64,000 nt of DNA. Source: an uncultured Candidatus Saccharibacteria bacterium. Its GTDB lineage: Bacteria; Patescibacteriota; Dojkabacteria; SC72. Position numbers and translations under genes: made by a program. Shown here piece after piece: positions 7,474-17,967 of the stretch. Every line of letters starts with the position of its first letter. Positions within the stretch are counted from its first letter, which is position 1. The notes under the pieces are model-generated. The model was given only the letters and a program-made list of their open reading frames with translations. It made no database searches and was not told the DNA's origin. The DNA lies in the NCBI GenBank assembly GCA_964621195.1, contig CAZULJ010000001.1:97200-161199 (forward strand), in the 5' to 3' direction.

Positions 7474-9009
7474 ATGAATATAAAACAGAAAGTACTATTA
7501 ATAATATTGGACGGACTTGGTGCAGCTCCAGACTCTCCTGGCAATGCGGTAGTTAAAGCACAACCTCAGAATTTAGCAAAACTTTGGAGTACATCCCCAC
7601 ATACATATCTTCTAGCCTCTGGAGAGGCAGTGGGACTTCCAAAAGATGTAAAAGGTAATAGTGAGGTCGGACATATGAATATTGGAGCGGGAAGAGTCAT
7701 CATGCAAACCTTACCAAGAATAGATCAATCCATATCAAAAGGCCTCTTTTTTAAAAATGTTACACTACTTGAGGCTCTTAAGTATGCAAACAAGATGAAA
7801 TCAAGAGTTCATCTCCTCGGATTAGCAAGCGATGGAGGAGTACATTCACATATAGAGCATATAAAGGCAACAATTAAATACTTCTCCTTAAATAATTTCT
7901 CTGGAGAAGTATTCTTACACGCATTCACAGATGGTAGAGACTCTCCTCCAAATTCCTCAAAATCATACCTAGATCAAATCCAAAAATCCCTAGATGAAAA
8001 TGGAATTGGGAAAATAGCTACACTATGCGGTAGAGCATGGGCTATGGATAGAAATGAAAACTGGGATAGAACTCAAAAAGCCTACAACTTACTAACACAA
8101 AACATTGGAATACAGTGTGGGACATATACACAATGTATAAATAGCTCGTATGAGAGAAAGATAACTGATGAATTCATAGAACCAACCGTTTTAGTTCCAG
8201 GAAGTAATATTAAACCAAGAGATGTTGTACTCTTTCTCAATTTCAGACCAGATAGATCCCTACAATTAACAAGAGCATTGGTAGATAGTAACTTTGACTT
8301 CTTCCCGAGAGCAAATATATATCCCGTATATATGGCAAGTATGGTTGAATACAGAAAGAATTTCCCTCCAAAAGTACTCTTCCCAAAGCAATACATATCT
8401 CTACCAATTGGAAATATATTAGCTTCATCTGGTCTTCGACAGTTAAGAATTGCTGAATCAGAGAAATTCCCTCATGTAACATACTTCTTCAATGGCGGGG
8501 CTGCTGTAAGATATGCTAATGAAGATAGGATAGAGGTACCTTCTCCCTCTGTACCTACATATGATATGAAACCCGAAATGAGTGCAGTACAAATGACAAA
8601 CCTCCTTATCAACAAAATAGAATCAAGCGTATATGACTTCATTGTTGTAAATTTTGCAAATCCCGATATGATTGGACACTCTGGAAACTTAGAAGCTACT
8701 ACAAAAGCCGTTTCGGTGGTAGATTTCTGCGTAAACGAACTAGTTAGACACTTCACGGTACGTGGAGGTGCCGTAATTATCACTGCAGATCATGGTAATG
8801 CCGAAGAGGTAATAAACCTTGAAACAGGAGAAATGGATACGGAACATTCACTTAATCCAGTTCCGCTGATAATTGTAGGAACAGGATTACCACCAAGAAG
8901 CCTACCATACGGAGCTCTGAAGGACATAACCCCAACAGTACTTGATATAATGGGAATACCAATTCCTTCTGATATGACCGGAGTAACACTCCTGAAATCA
9001 GTTCTTTGA
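7474..9009 (+). CDS. gpmI: 2,3-bisphosphoglycerate-independent phosphoglycerate mutase (paralog 1)
   Basis: LIILDGLG, GNSEVGHMNIGAGR, DGRDSPP, NPDMIGHSG, TADHGNAE. Confidence 0.95.
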   Translation: MNIKQKVLLIILDGLGAAPDSPGNAVVKAQPQNLAKLWSTSPHTYLLASGEAVGLPKDVKGNSEVGHMNIGAGRVIMQTLPRIDQSISKGLFFKNVTLLEALKYANKMKSRVHLLGLASDGGVHSHIEHIKATIKYFSLNNFSGEVFLHAFTDGRDSPPNSSKSYLDQIQKSLDENGIGKIATLCGRAWAMDRNENWDRTQKAYNLLTQNIGIQCGTYTQCINSSYERKITDEFIEPTVLVPGSNIKPRDVVLFLNFRPDRSLQLTRALVDSNFDFFPRANIYPVYMASMVEYRKNFPPKVLFPKQYISLPIGNILASSGLRQLRIAESEKFPHVTYFFNGGAAVRYANEDRIEVPSPSVPTYDMKPEMSAVQMTNLLINKIESSVYDFIVVNFANPDMIGHSGNLEATTKAVSVVDFCVNELVRHFTVRGGAVIITADHGNAEEVINLETGEMDTEHSLNPVPLIIVGTGLPPRSLPYGALKDITPTVLDIMGIPIPSDMTGVTLLKSVL

Positions 9010-9624
9010 TCTTTTCTTCAAAAAACCTCTCATAATATACAGAACGAATATAAGCAGAAGAACTACTAAGATCCCTTTCTCATACTTTGCTATATAGCTA
9101 CTAACCAATTCCCAACTATCACCTAGGAAAAAACCTGCAGAAGTTAATATCGTGTTCCATACTAATGATCCAATAAGTGTATATATACTAAATACTGTAA
9201 AATTCATCTTAGCAACACCAGCAGGAAAAGATATCAACGTCCTTACAATAGGTATAAGCCTTCCTATTAGTACAATCTTTTTCCCATGCTTATCAAACAA
9301 ACTAAAAACCCAATCTACATCGTCTCTTTGTATAAAAAGGTATTTACCATATTTATCAAGAAACTTAAAAACAAACTTCTCTCCCCAAAGACCAATAAAG
9401 TAGAAAGTAAGAGTACCAAGATATGCAGCTAAGGTTGCAATAGCAATGACTAGATAGATATTTAAAACACCTTGGGAAGCAACAAAACCAGAAAAAGGTA
9501 AAATTATCTCACTTGGTATTGGGGCAAAGAAACTCTCTATGAATACAGAAAGTGCCACTCCCGGATACCCTAGCGTAGAAATAATGTTCACAAGCCAATC
9601 TATAAAGTTCTGAGTCATATTCAA
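8998..9624 (-). CDS. DedA family membrane protein
   Basis: ESFFAPIPSEIILPFSGF, GRLIPIVRTLISFPAG. Confidence 0.92.
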   Translation of the reverse strand: MNMTQNFIDWLVNIISTLGYPGVALSVFIESFFAPIPSEIILPFSGFVASQGVLNIYLVIAIATLAAYLGTLTFYFIGLWGEKFVFKFLDKYGKYLFIQRDDVDWVFSLFDKHGKKIVLIGRLIPIVRTLISFPAGVAKMNFTVFSIYTLIGSLVWNTILTSAGFFLGDSWELVSSYIAKYEKGILVVLLLIFVLYIMRGFLKKRSKN

Positions 9625-9639
9625 AATGAAAAAGGTTAA

Positions 9640-10182
9640 TTACTCTTCAGATGATATATTAAAGATCATACTGTTTCCAACTTCAACCCTATTAATTCTT
9701 ACAAAGCCAGAATTTACCTCCAAAACATACTTAAAAGGGGCACCTGAGTAAATATTTGGACATTTATATATACTCTCACATGGCTTTAGACCCTCCTTAA
9801 TATCAACAATAAAACCTTCGCTATCTATAAACAGCATATCTAGGGATATCAACATATCTTTCATCCAAAAAGGTGAGATCTCTTCTTTTTCCATTACAAA
9901 AAGCATACCCTCATAGTCCCCAAGATTCTTTCTACCAGATAACCCTAGAGCTCTCTTAGCATCAGTATCTGAGACATCTACCTTAACAACAATTGTATTA
10001 CCCTCTTCATTGTATATTTCAACACTACTATCACCTGAGATCTCTTCGACTTCCACTTGCTCTTCTTTCTTCTCCTGTGAGCCTTTAAAAGAGACATCGA
10101 AAATACCGTACCTATCCTGTACAAAGAAGAAGATAACAGCCACAAAGAATATATACAGTACAACCTTTAGTGAATTACTCAT
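9640..10182 (-). CDS. DUF192 domain protein
   Basis: GMLFV...FWMKDMLISLDMLFI...YVLEVNSG. Confidence 0.9.
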   Translation of the reverse strand: MSNSLKVVLYIFFVAVIFFFVQDRYGIFDVSFKGSQEKKEEQVEVEEISGDSSVEIYNEEGNTIVVKVDVSDTDAKRALGLSGRKNLGDYEGMLFVMEKEEISPFWMKDMLISLDMLFIDSEGFIVDIKEGLKPCESIYKCPNIYSGAPFKYVLEVNSGFVRINRVEVGNSMIFNISSEE

Positions 10183-10282
10183 ACATAGATAATACCCCTA
10201 AGAATAGCTTTTTAAAAGTATATAGACAGAGAGAGATGGATAATGTAAAATGCGCATGCCATAAATTTGCCTAACAAAGCAA

Positions 10283-12490
10283 ATGCAAACATTCGAAAAG
10301 GAGCTCAACCCAATATTTACACGGGTAGATGAGATTAAAGATTTCAAAGAGGTAATACCACAAACAAAGACAGAACAAGAGGAGTATCCTCATCTTGAAA
10401 AGGTCACTCAGATAAATGCGGATACTGCAAAGAAAATGATTAAAAGATTGAAAGATCTTGAAATCGAACTTGAAGAGCAAGCGAAAGCTATTCAGATGGA
10501 AACTGATCTTGACGCAAGAAAGGATGCTGTTGGTATCTACAACAAGATATTAAAAAGCATTGAAGAGTGTATAGAGAGAATTAACAGAGAGTTAATAAAA
10601 TTAGATTCCCCGTATTTCGGTAAAATACTCTTCCAAATGAAACTAAGTGGTGAAGAAAGAATCCTACCAATATACATAGGTAAGTTTGCACTAATGGACC
10701 AAGATACCTACAGACCTCTCATTAGTGACTGGAGAGCCCCTATCGCAAACATTTACTATGAAAACAGCGGACCAACAAAAAACCTCTCCTATGAAAGTCC
10801 TACTGGTCCGAAAGATGGTAATTTACTCCAAAAAAGACAATTCAACATTACAGAGGCTAGATTTAAGCATATATACGATGCAAAGACAGGCAATGCTGCT
10901 GCAGACGAATTCTTGCTAGCCCAATTAACTGAAAGAATGGGACAAAAGTTAAAAGATATCGTATCCACAATTCAAGCTCAACAAAATGACATAATAAGGG
11001 ATGGGGTTGAGAAACCAATAATAATACAGGGAGTAGCTGGCAGTGGTAAAACAACAATACTTTTACACAGACTTGCATACCTCTTCTATACATACAAAGA
11101 AAAGATTAGAGCAGAGAAAAGCTTAATAATAGGACCTAACAAAGTCTTCCTAGACTACATAGCAGATGTACTACCAAGTCTTGGAGTAGAAAATGTAGAG
11201 GCAAATACCTATATGTTCTGGGCAAAGAATATCCTTGGTTGGGATAACTCCTACATCATACATCCATCAAAAGAGGACTTAAAGATAAAAGAGTACAAGG
11301 GATCATTAGAATATATTGATATCCTCGATTCATACTTCGAAGAATTTGAATCAGACTTACTCGAAAATATACCCTACTCTAGGAAAGATGTCGTTAGAAG
11401 AAGATACTATGAACTAAAAAACACATACCCATATATAACAATGGATGAAAGATTAACCCTTTCCTTGGACTATGCATTCGCACAAAAGCAATTCAGAGAG
11501 AGAAAAACCGGCTTTCTAACAGATACACATGAGCTAGATTTACAGAAAAAAAAGGAGATAACAAAGTACTTTGAAACATCAACAGTACCAATTGAGATAT
11601 ACAGAAGAATGTTTAGGAAGGGATATATAAAGAAAGATATTGCTAAATATACATTGGAAGGTGTTGCAAGATCTGGAAAGACAAAAACATATCGGATGGA
11701 AGATCTTGCTCCAATACTGTATCTTCATCTCAAGATACATGGCCATAAAGAGTATGAAAAAGAGTATGTAATGATCGATGAAGCACAAGATCTTAGCTTG
11801 ATACAAATACTTACACTTCTTCAAATTGCAAAAAAACAGAATGTAACAATAGCTGGAGATCTAGCCCAATCAATAATCCCACCCTTCTATATCAAAGATT
11901 GGAAACAGGTAATGAAACTCTTTGAAAAATGGGAAATTAAAAACTACTCATATCACCAACTACATCGTTGCTACAGAACTACCTTAGAAATAATTGAGTA
12001 TGCAAATGATATCTTTATAGAAAGATTTCCAACAAGCTATAAACTTCCAGAGGCAGTACTAAGACATGGGGAAAAGATACAAAACATTGTACATAACAAT
12101 GAGATCTCAAAGATAACAGAAAAAGAACTAAAGTCTTTTGTTGATTTGATAAAAAAAGAGTTTGAGAAGGGATCAACAACATGTGCAATTATCTGTAAAG
12201 ATAAGGAGCATACTAAACAAACATACGAGAGGTTAATACAATATGAAGATTACATAGAAAGAGATATTGTTGATTACACTACAAACGATTACAAAACTGG
12301 ATTACTAATACTAACCGTAGAGGAAGCAAAGGGACTAGAGTTTGATACTGTAATAATTCTTGATATAAACGAAGAGAGCTATCCAGACACAGAGCTCGCA
12401 ACAAGACTTTTCTATGTTGCAATTACAAGAGCATTACACCGATTAGTGATAATTGAGAATAGTAATAAATCACCATTGCTTCACAAATGA
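10283..12490 (+). CDS. HelD-like SF1/UvrD-family ATPase (RNA polymerase recycling factor)
   Basis: SPYFGKI, SDWRAPIA, DIVSTIQAQQNDIIR, QGVAGSGKT, IDEAQD, AKGLEFD, YVAITRALH. Confidence 0.88.
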   Translation: MQTFEKELNPIFTRVDEIKDFKEVIPQTKTEQEEYPHLEKVTQINADTAKKMIKRLKDLEIELEEQAKAIQMETDLDARKDAVGIYNKILKSIEECIERINRELIKLDSPYFGKILFQMKLSGEERILPIYIGKFALMDQDTYRPLISDWRAPIANIYYENSGPTKNLSYESPTGPKDGNLLQKRQFNITEARFKHIYDAKTGNAAADEFLLAQLTERMGQKLKDIVSTIQAQQNDIIRDGVEKPIIIQGVAGSGKTTILLHRLAYLFYTYKEKIRAEKSLIIGPNKVFLDYIADVLPSLGVENVEANTYMFWAKNILGWDNSYIIHPSKEDLKIKEYKGSLEYIDILDSYFEEFESDLLENIPYSRKDVVRRRYYELKNTYPYITMDERLTLSLDYAFAQKQFRERKTGFLTDTHELDLQKKKEITKYFETSTVPIEIYRRMFRKGYIKKDIAKYTLEGVARSGKTKTYRMEDLAPILYLHLKIHGHKEYEKEYVMIDEAQDLSLIQILTLLQIAKKQNVTIAGDLAQSIIPPFYIKDWKQVMKLFEKWEIKNYSYHQLHRCYRTTLEIIEYANDIFIERFPTSYKLPEAVLRHGEKIQNIVHNNEISKITEKELKSFVDLIKKEFEKGSTTCAIICKDKEHTKQTYERLIQYEDYIERDIVDYTTNDYKTGLLILTVEEAKGLEFDTVIILDINEESYPDTELATRLFYVAITRALHRLVIIENSNKSPLLHK

Positions 12491-13743
12491 GCATATATGG
12501 ACTTCTAATAGGGATATGTGTAGTAATAGGCTTTGAACTCATTAGAAAGAAAATCCCTAGATTTACAATCCTAGACTCCCTGCTATTGATTCTTTCAGCA
12601 CTAATTGGTTCAAGGATTCTTTTTCTACTACACAATATTGAAGAGATACAGAGTGAAATTGTAAAACCTTTTAATCTATGGGATGGCGGATTGGCAATAT
12701 ATGGGGCAATATTTGGCATACTTCTCGCAATAATAGTTATTGCCAAAAGAAAAGATATAAACTTCTTTGAAATATCAGATCCCATACTCCTTTACCTACC
12801 CCTTTTACAATCAATAGGTAGGATAGGTAATTACTTTAACAAAGAGCTATACGGTATACCTACAAACTTACCTTGGGCAATAGAGATACCAATAGAAAAT
12901 AGATTGCCAGGATATGAACAGTACTCTCTTTTTCATCCGACATTTGCATATGAAGCGATACTGAATATTCTGCTTTTTCTGTCTTTAAAATATCTCTCCC
13001 CAAAAAACATAAAAGGTGCTGTCTCTGGAATATATTTGATAGGTTACTCCTTAATCCGTTTACTAATAAATTTGCTAAGAGTTGATAAAGAGTACTTTCT
13101 CTTAATTGAGACTTCTGATCTCTTTTCTGGTATATTCCTAGGATTAGGTTTACTAATTCTGATAATGATAAGCGATAACAAATGGAAGAAAAAACTTGCG
13201 AGATTCTTTTCAAGACCCGTTATGCTTTTTCTGGTCGTACTAGCATCAATTGTTTTTATTACTGAAAGCTCCCTTTCAACTACATATGCATATATAATAT
13301 CCATACTTACATTTGTAGTACCACTAGCTACAATACTTCTCTTTAAAAGCTTAGGAATAATTTCCGACATTAATGCGACAAAGAGAGAGGAAAGGCCAAG
13401 GCTCTACATTGTAATGCTAATCTCTTTTCTAATTTCACTGTATATTACTTTTTTAAGTGGCATAGAAAGTTTAATAACGGTATTCTTGGTAATCAATATC
13501 ACCTTTGTACTTGGACTTGTCATAACTCTCTTTTGGAAGATAAGTTACCATATGATATGGAGCATACTTTCTCTTTTTGTAATTTTTTACATATCACAAA
13601 ATCCATATGCATTACTACTAGTAATATTACTTCCATTCATTGCTTGGTCCAGAATTGAGAGAAAAAGGCATACCCTACCTCAAGTAATCGCTGGAGTAGT
13701 ATTACCATTAATATGCATCATTCTTGTTTTAACCTTCGTTTAA
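12487..13743 (+). CDS. lgt: Prolipoprotein diacylglyceryl transferase fused to a PAP2-like membrane domain
   Basis: WDGGLAIYGA, QSIGRIGNYFNKELYG, HPTFAYE; C-terminal KISYH...WSRIERKRHTLPQVIAG. Confidence 0.85.
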   Translation: MSIYGLLIGICVVIGFELIRKKIPRFTILDSLLLILSALIGSRILFLLHNIEEIQSEIVKPFNLWDGGLAIYGAIFGILLAIIVIAKRKDINFFEISDPILLYLPLLQSIGRIGNYFNKELYGIPTNLPWAIEIPIENRLPGYEQYSLFHPTFAYEAILNILLFLSLKYLSPKNIKGAVSGIYLIGYSLIRLLINLLRVDKEYFLLIETSDLFSGIFLGLGLLILIMISDNKWKKKLARFFSRPVMLFLVVLASIVFITESSLSTTYAYIISILTFVVPLATILLFKSLGIISDINATKREERPRLYIVMLISFLISLYITFLSGIESLITVFLVINITFVLGLVITLFWKISYHMIWSILSLFVIFYISQNPYALLLVILLPFIAWSRIERKRHTLPQVIAGVVLPLICIILVLTFV

Positions 13744-13784
13744 TTTTGATAGAATTCATATATTAACCTGTATCAACAAAGATT

Positions 13785-15212
13785 GTGGACAACCTTAGTA
13801 TTGTAGAACTTAGGAAAAAATTACTTAAAAAAGAACTCTCTTCCAGAGAAATTACGCAGTATTACTTAGAGCAGATAGAGAAGAAAGATAAAGAGTTGAA
13901 TGCATATATCTCCATATTTGCTGAAGAATCTTTAAAAAAGGCTGAGGAGTTTGATAATGATTTTGAAAATCAGAAAGAGAAAAAACTAGGGGGTATTCCA
14001 CTTGCAATCAAAGATATCTTTTCAACCAAAGGTTTACCAACAACAGCAGCATCCCATATCTTAGATGGTTACAAGCCCGTATATGAGTCTACAGTAACAC
14101 AAAAACTTCTTGATGAAGGGGCAATCATTCTAGGTAAAACAAATCTGGATCAGTTCTGCCACGGATCTTCTACAATTACTTCCTACTACGGTAGAACAAT
14201 GAACCCCCATGATCTTTCAAGATTACCCGGAGGTTCAAGCGGTGGCAGTAGTGCAGCAGTAGCTGCAGATATGTGTGCAGGAGCACTTGGTACAGAGACT
14301 GCAGGTTCAATAAGGTTACCAGCATCTTGGTGTGGAATTGTTGGATTAAAACCAACATATGGAAGAGTATCTAGATATGGAGTCCTAGCAATGGGATCCT
14401 CTCTTGATAGTCCTGGACCACTTGTTAAAAGTGTAGAGGATAGTGCATTAATTCTTTCAATAATAGCGGGGTATGATCACCATGATTTTACTACTTACAA
14501 AGATGCTGTACCCAACTACTTAGAAAATATTGATAAAAGTGTTGTAAAAAGTATGCATCTTGCAATACCAAAGGAGTACTTGGAGCTTGAATTAGAGAAA
14601 GGAGTCCTTGATAATTTCCAGAAATCCATCGATATACTAAAGGGATTCGGAGCAAGTATTGAATATGTAAATATTCTAGATCCTAAATTTGCAATGGCAG
14701 TATATACAATTACATGTAGAAGCGAAGTTTCTTCCAACTTAGCGAGATATGATGGTACAAGATATGGATTGGAAGGAAAGGATAAATCAACAGTAAAAGA
14801 GTACTATGAATCAACAAGAGGAGAGGGATTTGGGCAAGAGTCAAAAAGAAGAGTTATGACAGGAACTTACTCTCTTTCTGCCGGATATGCTGATGAATAT
14901 TTTAGGAAATCAGAACAGGTTAGACAATTGATAAGGGAGGATTTAGATAAGGTATTAAAAGATTACGATTGTATAGTATCTCCAACTACTCCATCTATAG
15001 CCTTAAAAGAGGAAGATGCTGACAACCCACTCTTTGGGGAAATTGCGGATGTACTAGCAGAAGGAAGCTCAGAAGCAGGATTACCTGGGATATCAATACC
15101 CAACGGTACATCAGAAAAACTACCAACAGGTATACAGTTTATCGGAAAGCATCTTGATGAGCAGAGCATAATAAATGCAGCAAAAGCACTTGAAGAAAAC
15201 CTAAAGAATTAA
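13785..15212 (+). CDS. gatA: Asp/Glu-tRNA amidotransferase subunit A
   Basis: GGSSGGSSAAV, GTETAGSIRLPA, KPTYGRVSRYG, SSNLARYDG. Confidence 0.95.
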   Translation: MDNLSIVELRKKLLKKELSSREITQYYLEQIEKKDKELNAYISIFAEESLKKAEEFDNDFENQKEKKLGGIPLAIKDIFSTKGLPTTAASHILDGYKPVYESTVTQKLLDEGAIILGKTNLDQFCHGSSTITSYYGRTMNPHDLSRLPGGSSGGSSAAVAADMCAGALGTETAGSIRLPASWCGIVGLKPTYGRVSRYGVLAMGSSLDSPGPLVKSVEDSALILSIIAGYDHHDFTTYKDAVPNYLENIDKSVVKSMHLAIPKEYLELELEKGVLDNFQKSIDILKGFGASIEYVNILDPKFAMAVYTITCRSEVSSNLARYDGTRYGLEGKDKSTVKEYYESTRGEGFGQESKRRVMTGTYSLSAGYADEYFRKSEQVRQLIREDLDKVLKDYDCIVSPTTPSIALKEEDADNPLFGEIADVLAEGSSEAGLPGISIPNGTSEKLPTGIQFIGKHLDEQSIINAAKALEENLKN

Positions 15213-16105
15213 GGTTGCAATATATCTTCAGTTCGACCGTCTATGGATATTACTACTGTATCTATAGTTGGAAACTGTTTCAATGTTTCAGAGATCTGAG
15301 CTCTAATACTCGTAACTTTACAACTTCCACCTACCATTTCCTCTAATCGACTATTAAGGTCCACCCTAGCTACACCATTTGAAATCTCAAGACTTTGTAT
15401 TACAACTCCATCATTAATATTACTGTAATATCCTAAATCTTTTTCATCTTGAGTAACTCCTTTAAAAAGCTCCTCAAGTGAAGCACGACCTACAGCCAAT
15501 GTTTCTGGAACACTCCTCCCTACAGGAAATACCTTACTGCAATCCTCTGGAGAACCCATATCTACATTTGGGAAATATACCTTCAAAACAATATTCTTTT
15601 GCGAAGGGAGAAGAGAAAATTTCATATCTATACTATCCTCATACTCCTTTAAACCAGAAGGATTACTCTTTTCAAACTTAAGTGTAATCTCGGTTTCTTT
15701 TGTAACTAAAGTACTCAATACAAATTCAAAAGGAACATTCTCCTGTGTCATCCAATCCTCTTTCGCTGTAGCAACAAGAGTATCTATCTCTTCACCATCA
15801 GAATCAAAAACACGAACAGGAAATTCACCTTCAAAATACCAAGTTCCTGTAATTTCACCAGTAACTAAAGTATCTTTTTCTAACTTATCCCCCTCCTCTA
15901 TCTCATACAGAATCAGCTCAATATCATTTTTGCTAAATGCTCCTTTCTTGTCCTCCTGCTCCTCCTCCTTCTCACAGATGTTTGTAATATTCCTACATAC
16001 ACTGTACTTACAACATAGATCTCCATCTTTTAACATATATGAGAAAAAAATTATGGAAACAGATAGTAAAACAATACTAACTATTAACAGAATATTCTTT
16101 ATCAT
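15209..16105 (-). CDS. Membrane-anchored Gmad2 Ig-like plus GerMN domain protein
   Basis: GTWYFEGEFPV, KSNPSG, GGSCKVTSIRAQISETLKQFPTIDTVVISIDG. Confidence 0.8.
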   Translation of the reverse strand: MIKNILLIVSIVLLSVSIIFFSYMLKDGDLCCKYSVCRNITNICEKEEEQEDKKGAFSKNDIELILYEIEEGDKLEKDTLVTGEITGTWYFEGEFPVRVFDSDGEEIDTLVATAKEDWMTQENVPFEFVLSTLVTKETEITLKFEKSNPSGLKEYEDSIDMKFSLLPSQKNIVLKVYFPNVDMGSPEDCSKVFPVGRSVPETLAVGRASLEELFKGVTQDEKDLGYYSNINDGVVIQSLEISNGVARVDLNSRLEEMVGGSCKVTSIRAQISETLKQFPTIDTVVISIDGRTEDILQP

Positions 16106-16192
16106 ATTTTTTAGAGAATAAATCTAATATTTAAGTATACCTAAATATTAGGAAAAGATTAATAGCATTTTTTTATCATTGGAAAAGGAAAG

Positions 16193-16266
16193 TGAGCCGC
16201 CTGAGACTCGAACTCAGCACCTACTGCTTAAAAGGCAGTTGCTCTAACCTGATGAGCTAGCGGCCC
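16193..16266 (-). tRNA. tRNA-Lys(TTT)
   Basis: GGGCCGCTAGCTCA...ACTGC-CT-TTT-AA-GCAGT...GTTCGAGTCTCAGGCGGCTCA. Confidence 0.93.
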
Positions 16267-16302
16267 GTAACGGATATGATTATAACCTTTCAAGATATAC
16301 TT

Positions 16303-16941
16303 TTACAAGCTTTTTGTTAAAAGCTCTTTTACAGGTTTAAACGACCTCCTATGAAGAGAACAAGGACCATACTTCTTTAGAAGATCCATGTGTAGTTTGG
16401 TACCATAACCAACATGTTTTTCAAAAGAATAGTCTGGAAATTCCTTAGAAATATCCTTCATATACCTATCCCTAGTAACCTTCGCAAGTATTGAAGCAGC
16501 AGAAATAGAGTAATGCTTTAAATCCCCTGCTTTGATCTTCTCCATATGATATCCAGAAATTGTTGCAACATTAGTACCATCTACAATTAAATAGCTTGCT
16601 CTACTACCAAGCATACTCTCTACCTGTTTGAGAGCACTCTCCATGGCCATCTTAACAGCATCCTGTATACCCACCTCATCTATTACCTGAGAATCTATCA
16701 TAGCAACACCCCATGCCAAGCAATTACTCTTAATATATTCAATAACTTCCTCCCTTTTCTTTTCCGTCATCTTCTTACTATCTCTTACAAATGGGTGTAT
16801 CTCAGAGGAAGGAGAAAGAACAACCGCCCCTGCAGATACAGGTCCTGCAAGTGGTCCTCTACCAGCCTCATCAATACCTACTACATATTTAAAACCTTTC
16901 TTCCAAAGCTTCTCTTCTAATTTTGTATCTGGAAATTGCAT
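16303..16941 (-). CDS. rnhB: Ribonuclease HII
   Basis: GIDEAGRGPLAGPV, DSKK, SISAASILAKVTRD, HRRSF. Confidence 0.96.
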   Translation of the reverse strand: MQFPDTKLEEKLWKKGFKYVVGIDEAGRGPLAGPVSAGAVVLSPSSEIHPFVRDSKKMTEKKREEVIEYIKSNCLAWGVAMIDSQVIDEVGIQDAVKMAMESALKQVESMLGSRASYLIVDGTNVATISGYHMEKIKAGDLKHYSISAASILAKVTRDRYMKDISKEFPDYSFEKHVGYGTKLHMDLLKKYGPCSLHRRSFKPVKELLTKSL

Positions 16942-17021
16942 AAAGAAATATTACTACATTCTGGCAATATTCCATACAGTAATGTACGATATATATGTAT
17001 TAATTTTTAAATATATTAAAC

Positions 17022-17381
17022 ATGAGTTCATCAGATGATTTTTTCAAAGGATTACTCTTTGGTACTGCAGTAGGAGTTGCCGCTGGTATTCTTTTAGCTC
17101 CTAAATCAGGCGCAGAAACAAGAGAAGATTTAAGAAAGTTTGCAGTTGAGACTGGAGACAAAATGGAAAAGGCATATAGAAAAGCAAGAAGAGAGATAAA
17201 CAAAAGAGTAAGAGATTTAAAGGAAGCGGGAAAGAATATTGACTTGGAAGGATACAAGAAATTAGTAAGTCGAGTTGTAGAAGAGATAAAGCAGGATGGA
17301 GAGGTAACATCAGAGGTAGCAAAAGAGATTGGTATGAAATTAAATGAAGATTGGTCTGAAATAAAGGAAGCAGCTCTCTAA
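17022..17381 (+). CDS. YtxH domain protein
   Basis: GLLFGTAVGVAAGILLAPKSGAETR. Confidence 0.88.
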   Translation: MSSSDDFFKGLLFGTAVGVAAGILLAPKSGAETREDLRKFAVETGDKMEKAYRKARREINKRVRDLKEAGKNIDLEGYKKLVSRVVEEIKQDGEVTSEVAKEIGMKLNEDWSEIKEAAL

Positions 17382-17421
17382 GGTTGTATTTTATCATGTC
17401 TAGATATACAATCTAGACACT

Positions 17422-17498
17422 GCGAGAGTAGTTCAGCTGGCTAGAATGTCTCCTTCCCAAGGAGAAGGTCGCGGGTTCGAATCCCGTCTCTCGCTCCA
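17422..17498 (+). tRNA. tRNA-Gly(CCC)
   Basis: TCTCC-TT-CCC-AA-GGAGA anticodon arm, GGTTCGAATCCC, encoded CCA. Confidence 0.95.
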
Positions 17499-17504
17499 AT
17501 TTGA

Positions 17505-17891
17505 ATGAAAACAATAAAATTCACACCACAATTAACCCTCCTGATCAAACAAGGCAAAAAGACAACAACTTTTAGGCTCTTTGACGAGAAGACTCTTTCA
17601 AAAGGCGATGACGTAATTCTTGCGACAAGGAATGGTGAAAAAATTACAAATTTTGCAAACGCAATAATTACAGATGTCAGTATCAAAACTCTTGAGACCC
17701 TTTCAAAAGAAGACTATGTTGGACACGAACCTATCCCAAACGAAGATAGAGTTAAGTATTACTCCCAATTCTATGGAGACCGGGTAAGACCTAATTCCGA
17801 AGTAAAGATTATCAGATTTCAAATTACTAAGTTTTTAATTGATCAAAACAGCTATCTCTGTTACAATTCCTGTTACGTATTGCTGATGTAG
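17505..17891 (+). CDS. ASCH/PUA-like domain protein
   Basis: IKF...LIKQGKKTTTFR (GxKxxTxR ASCH motif). Confidence 0.8.
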   Translation: MKTIKFTPQLTLLIKQGKKTTTFRLFDEKTLSKGDDVILATRNGEKITNFANAIITDVSIKTLETLSKEDYVGHEPIPNEDRVKYYSQFYGDRVRPNSEVKIIRFQITKFLIDQNSYLCYNSCYVLLM

Positions 17892-17954
17892 CTCAGCTGG
17901 TAGAGCATTCCCTTCGTAAGGGACAGGTCGAAGGTTCGAATCCTTCCATCAGCT
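17882..17954 (+). tRNA. tRNA-Thr(CGT)
   Basis: GCTGATGTAGCTCAG...TCCC-TT-CGT-AA-GGGA...GGTTCGAATCC...CATCAGC. Confidence 0.93.
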
Positions 17955-17967
17955 TTTCTTTAAAACT

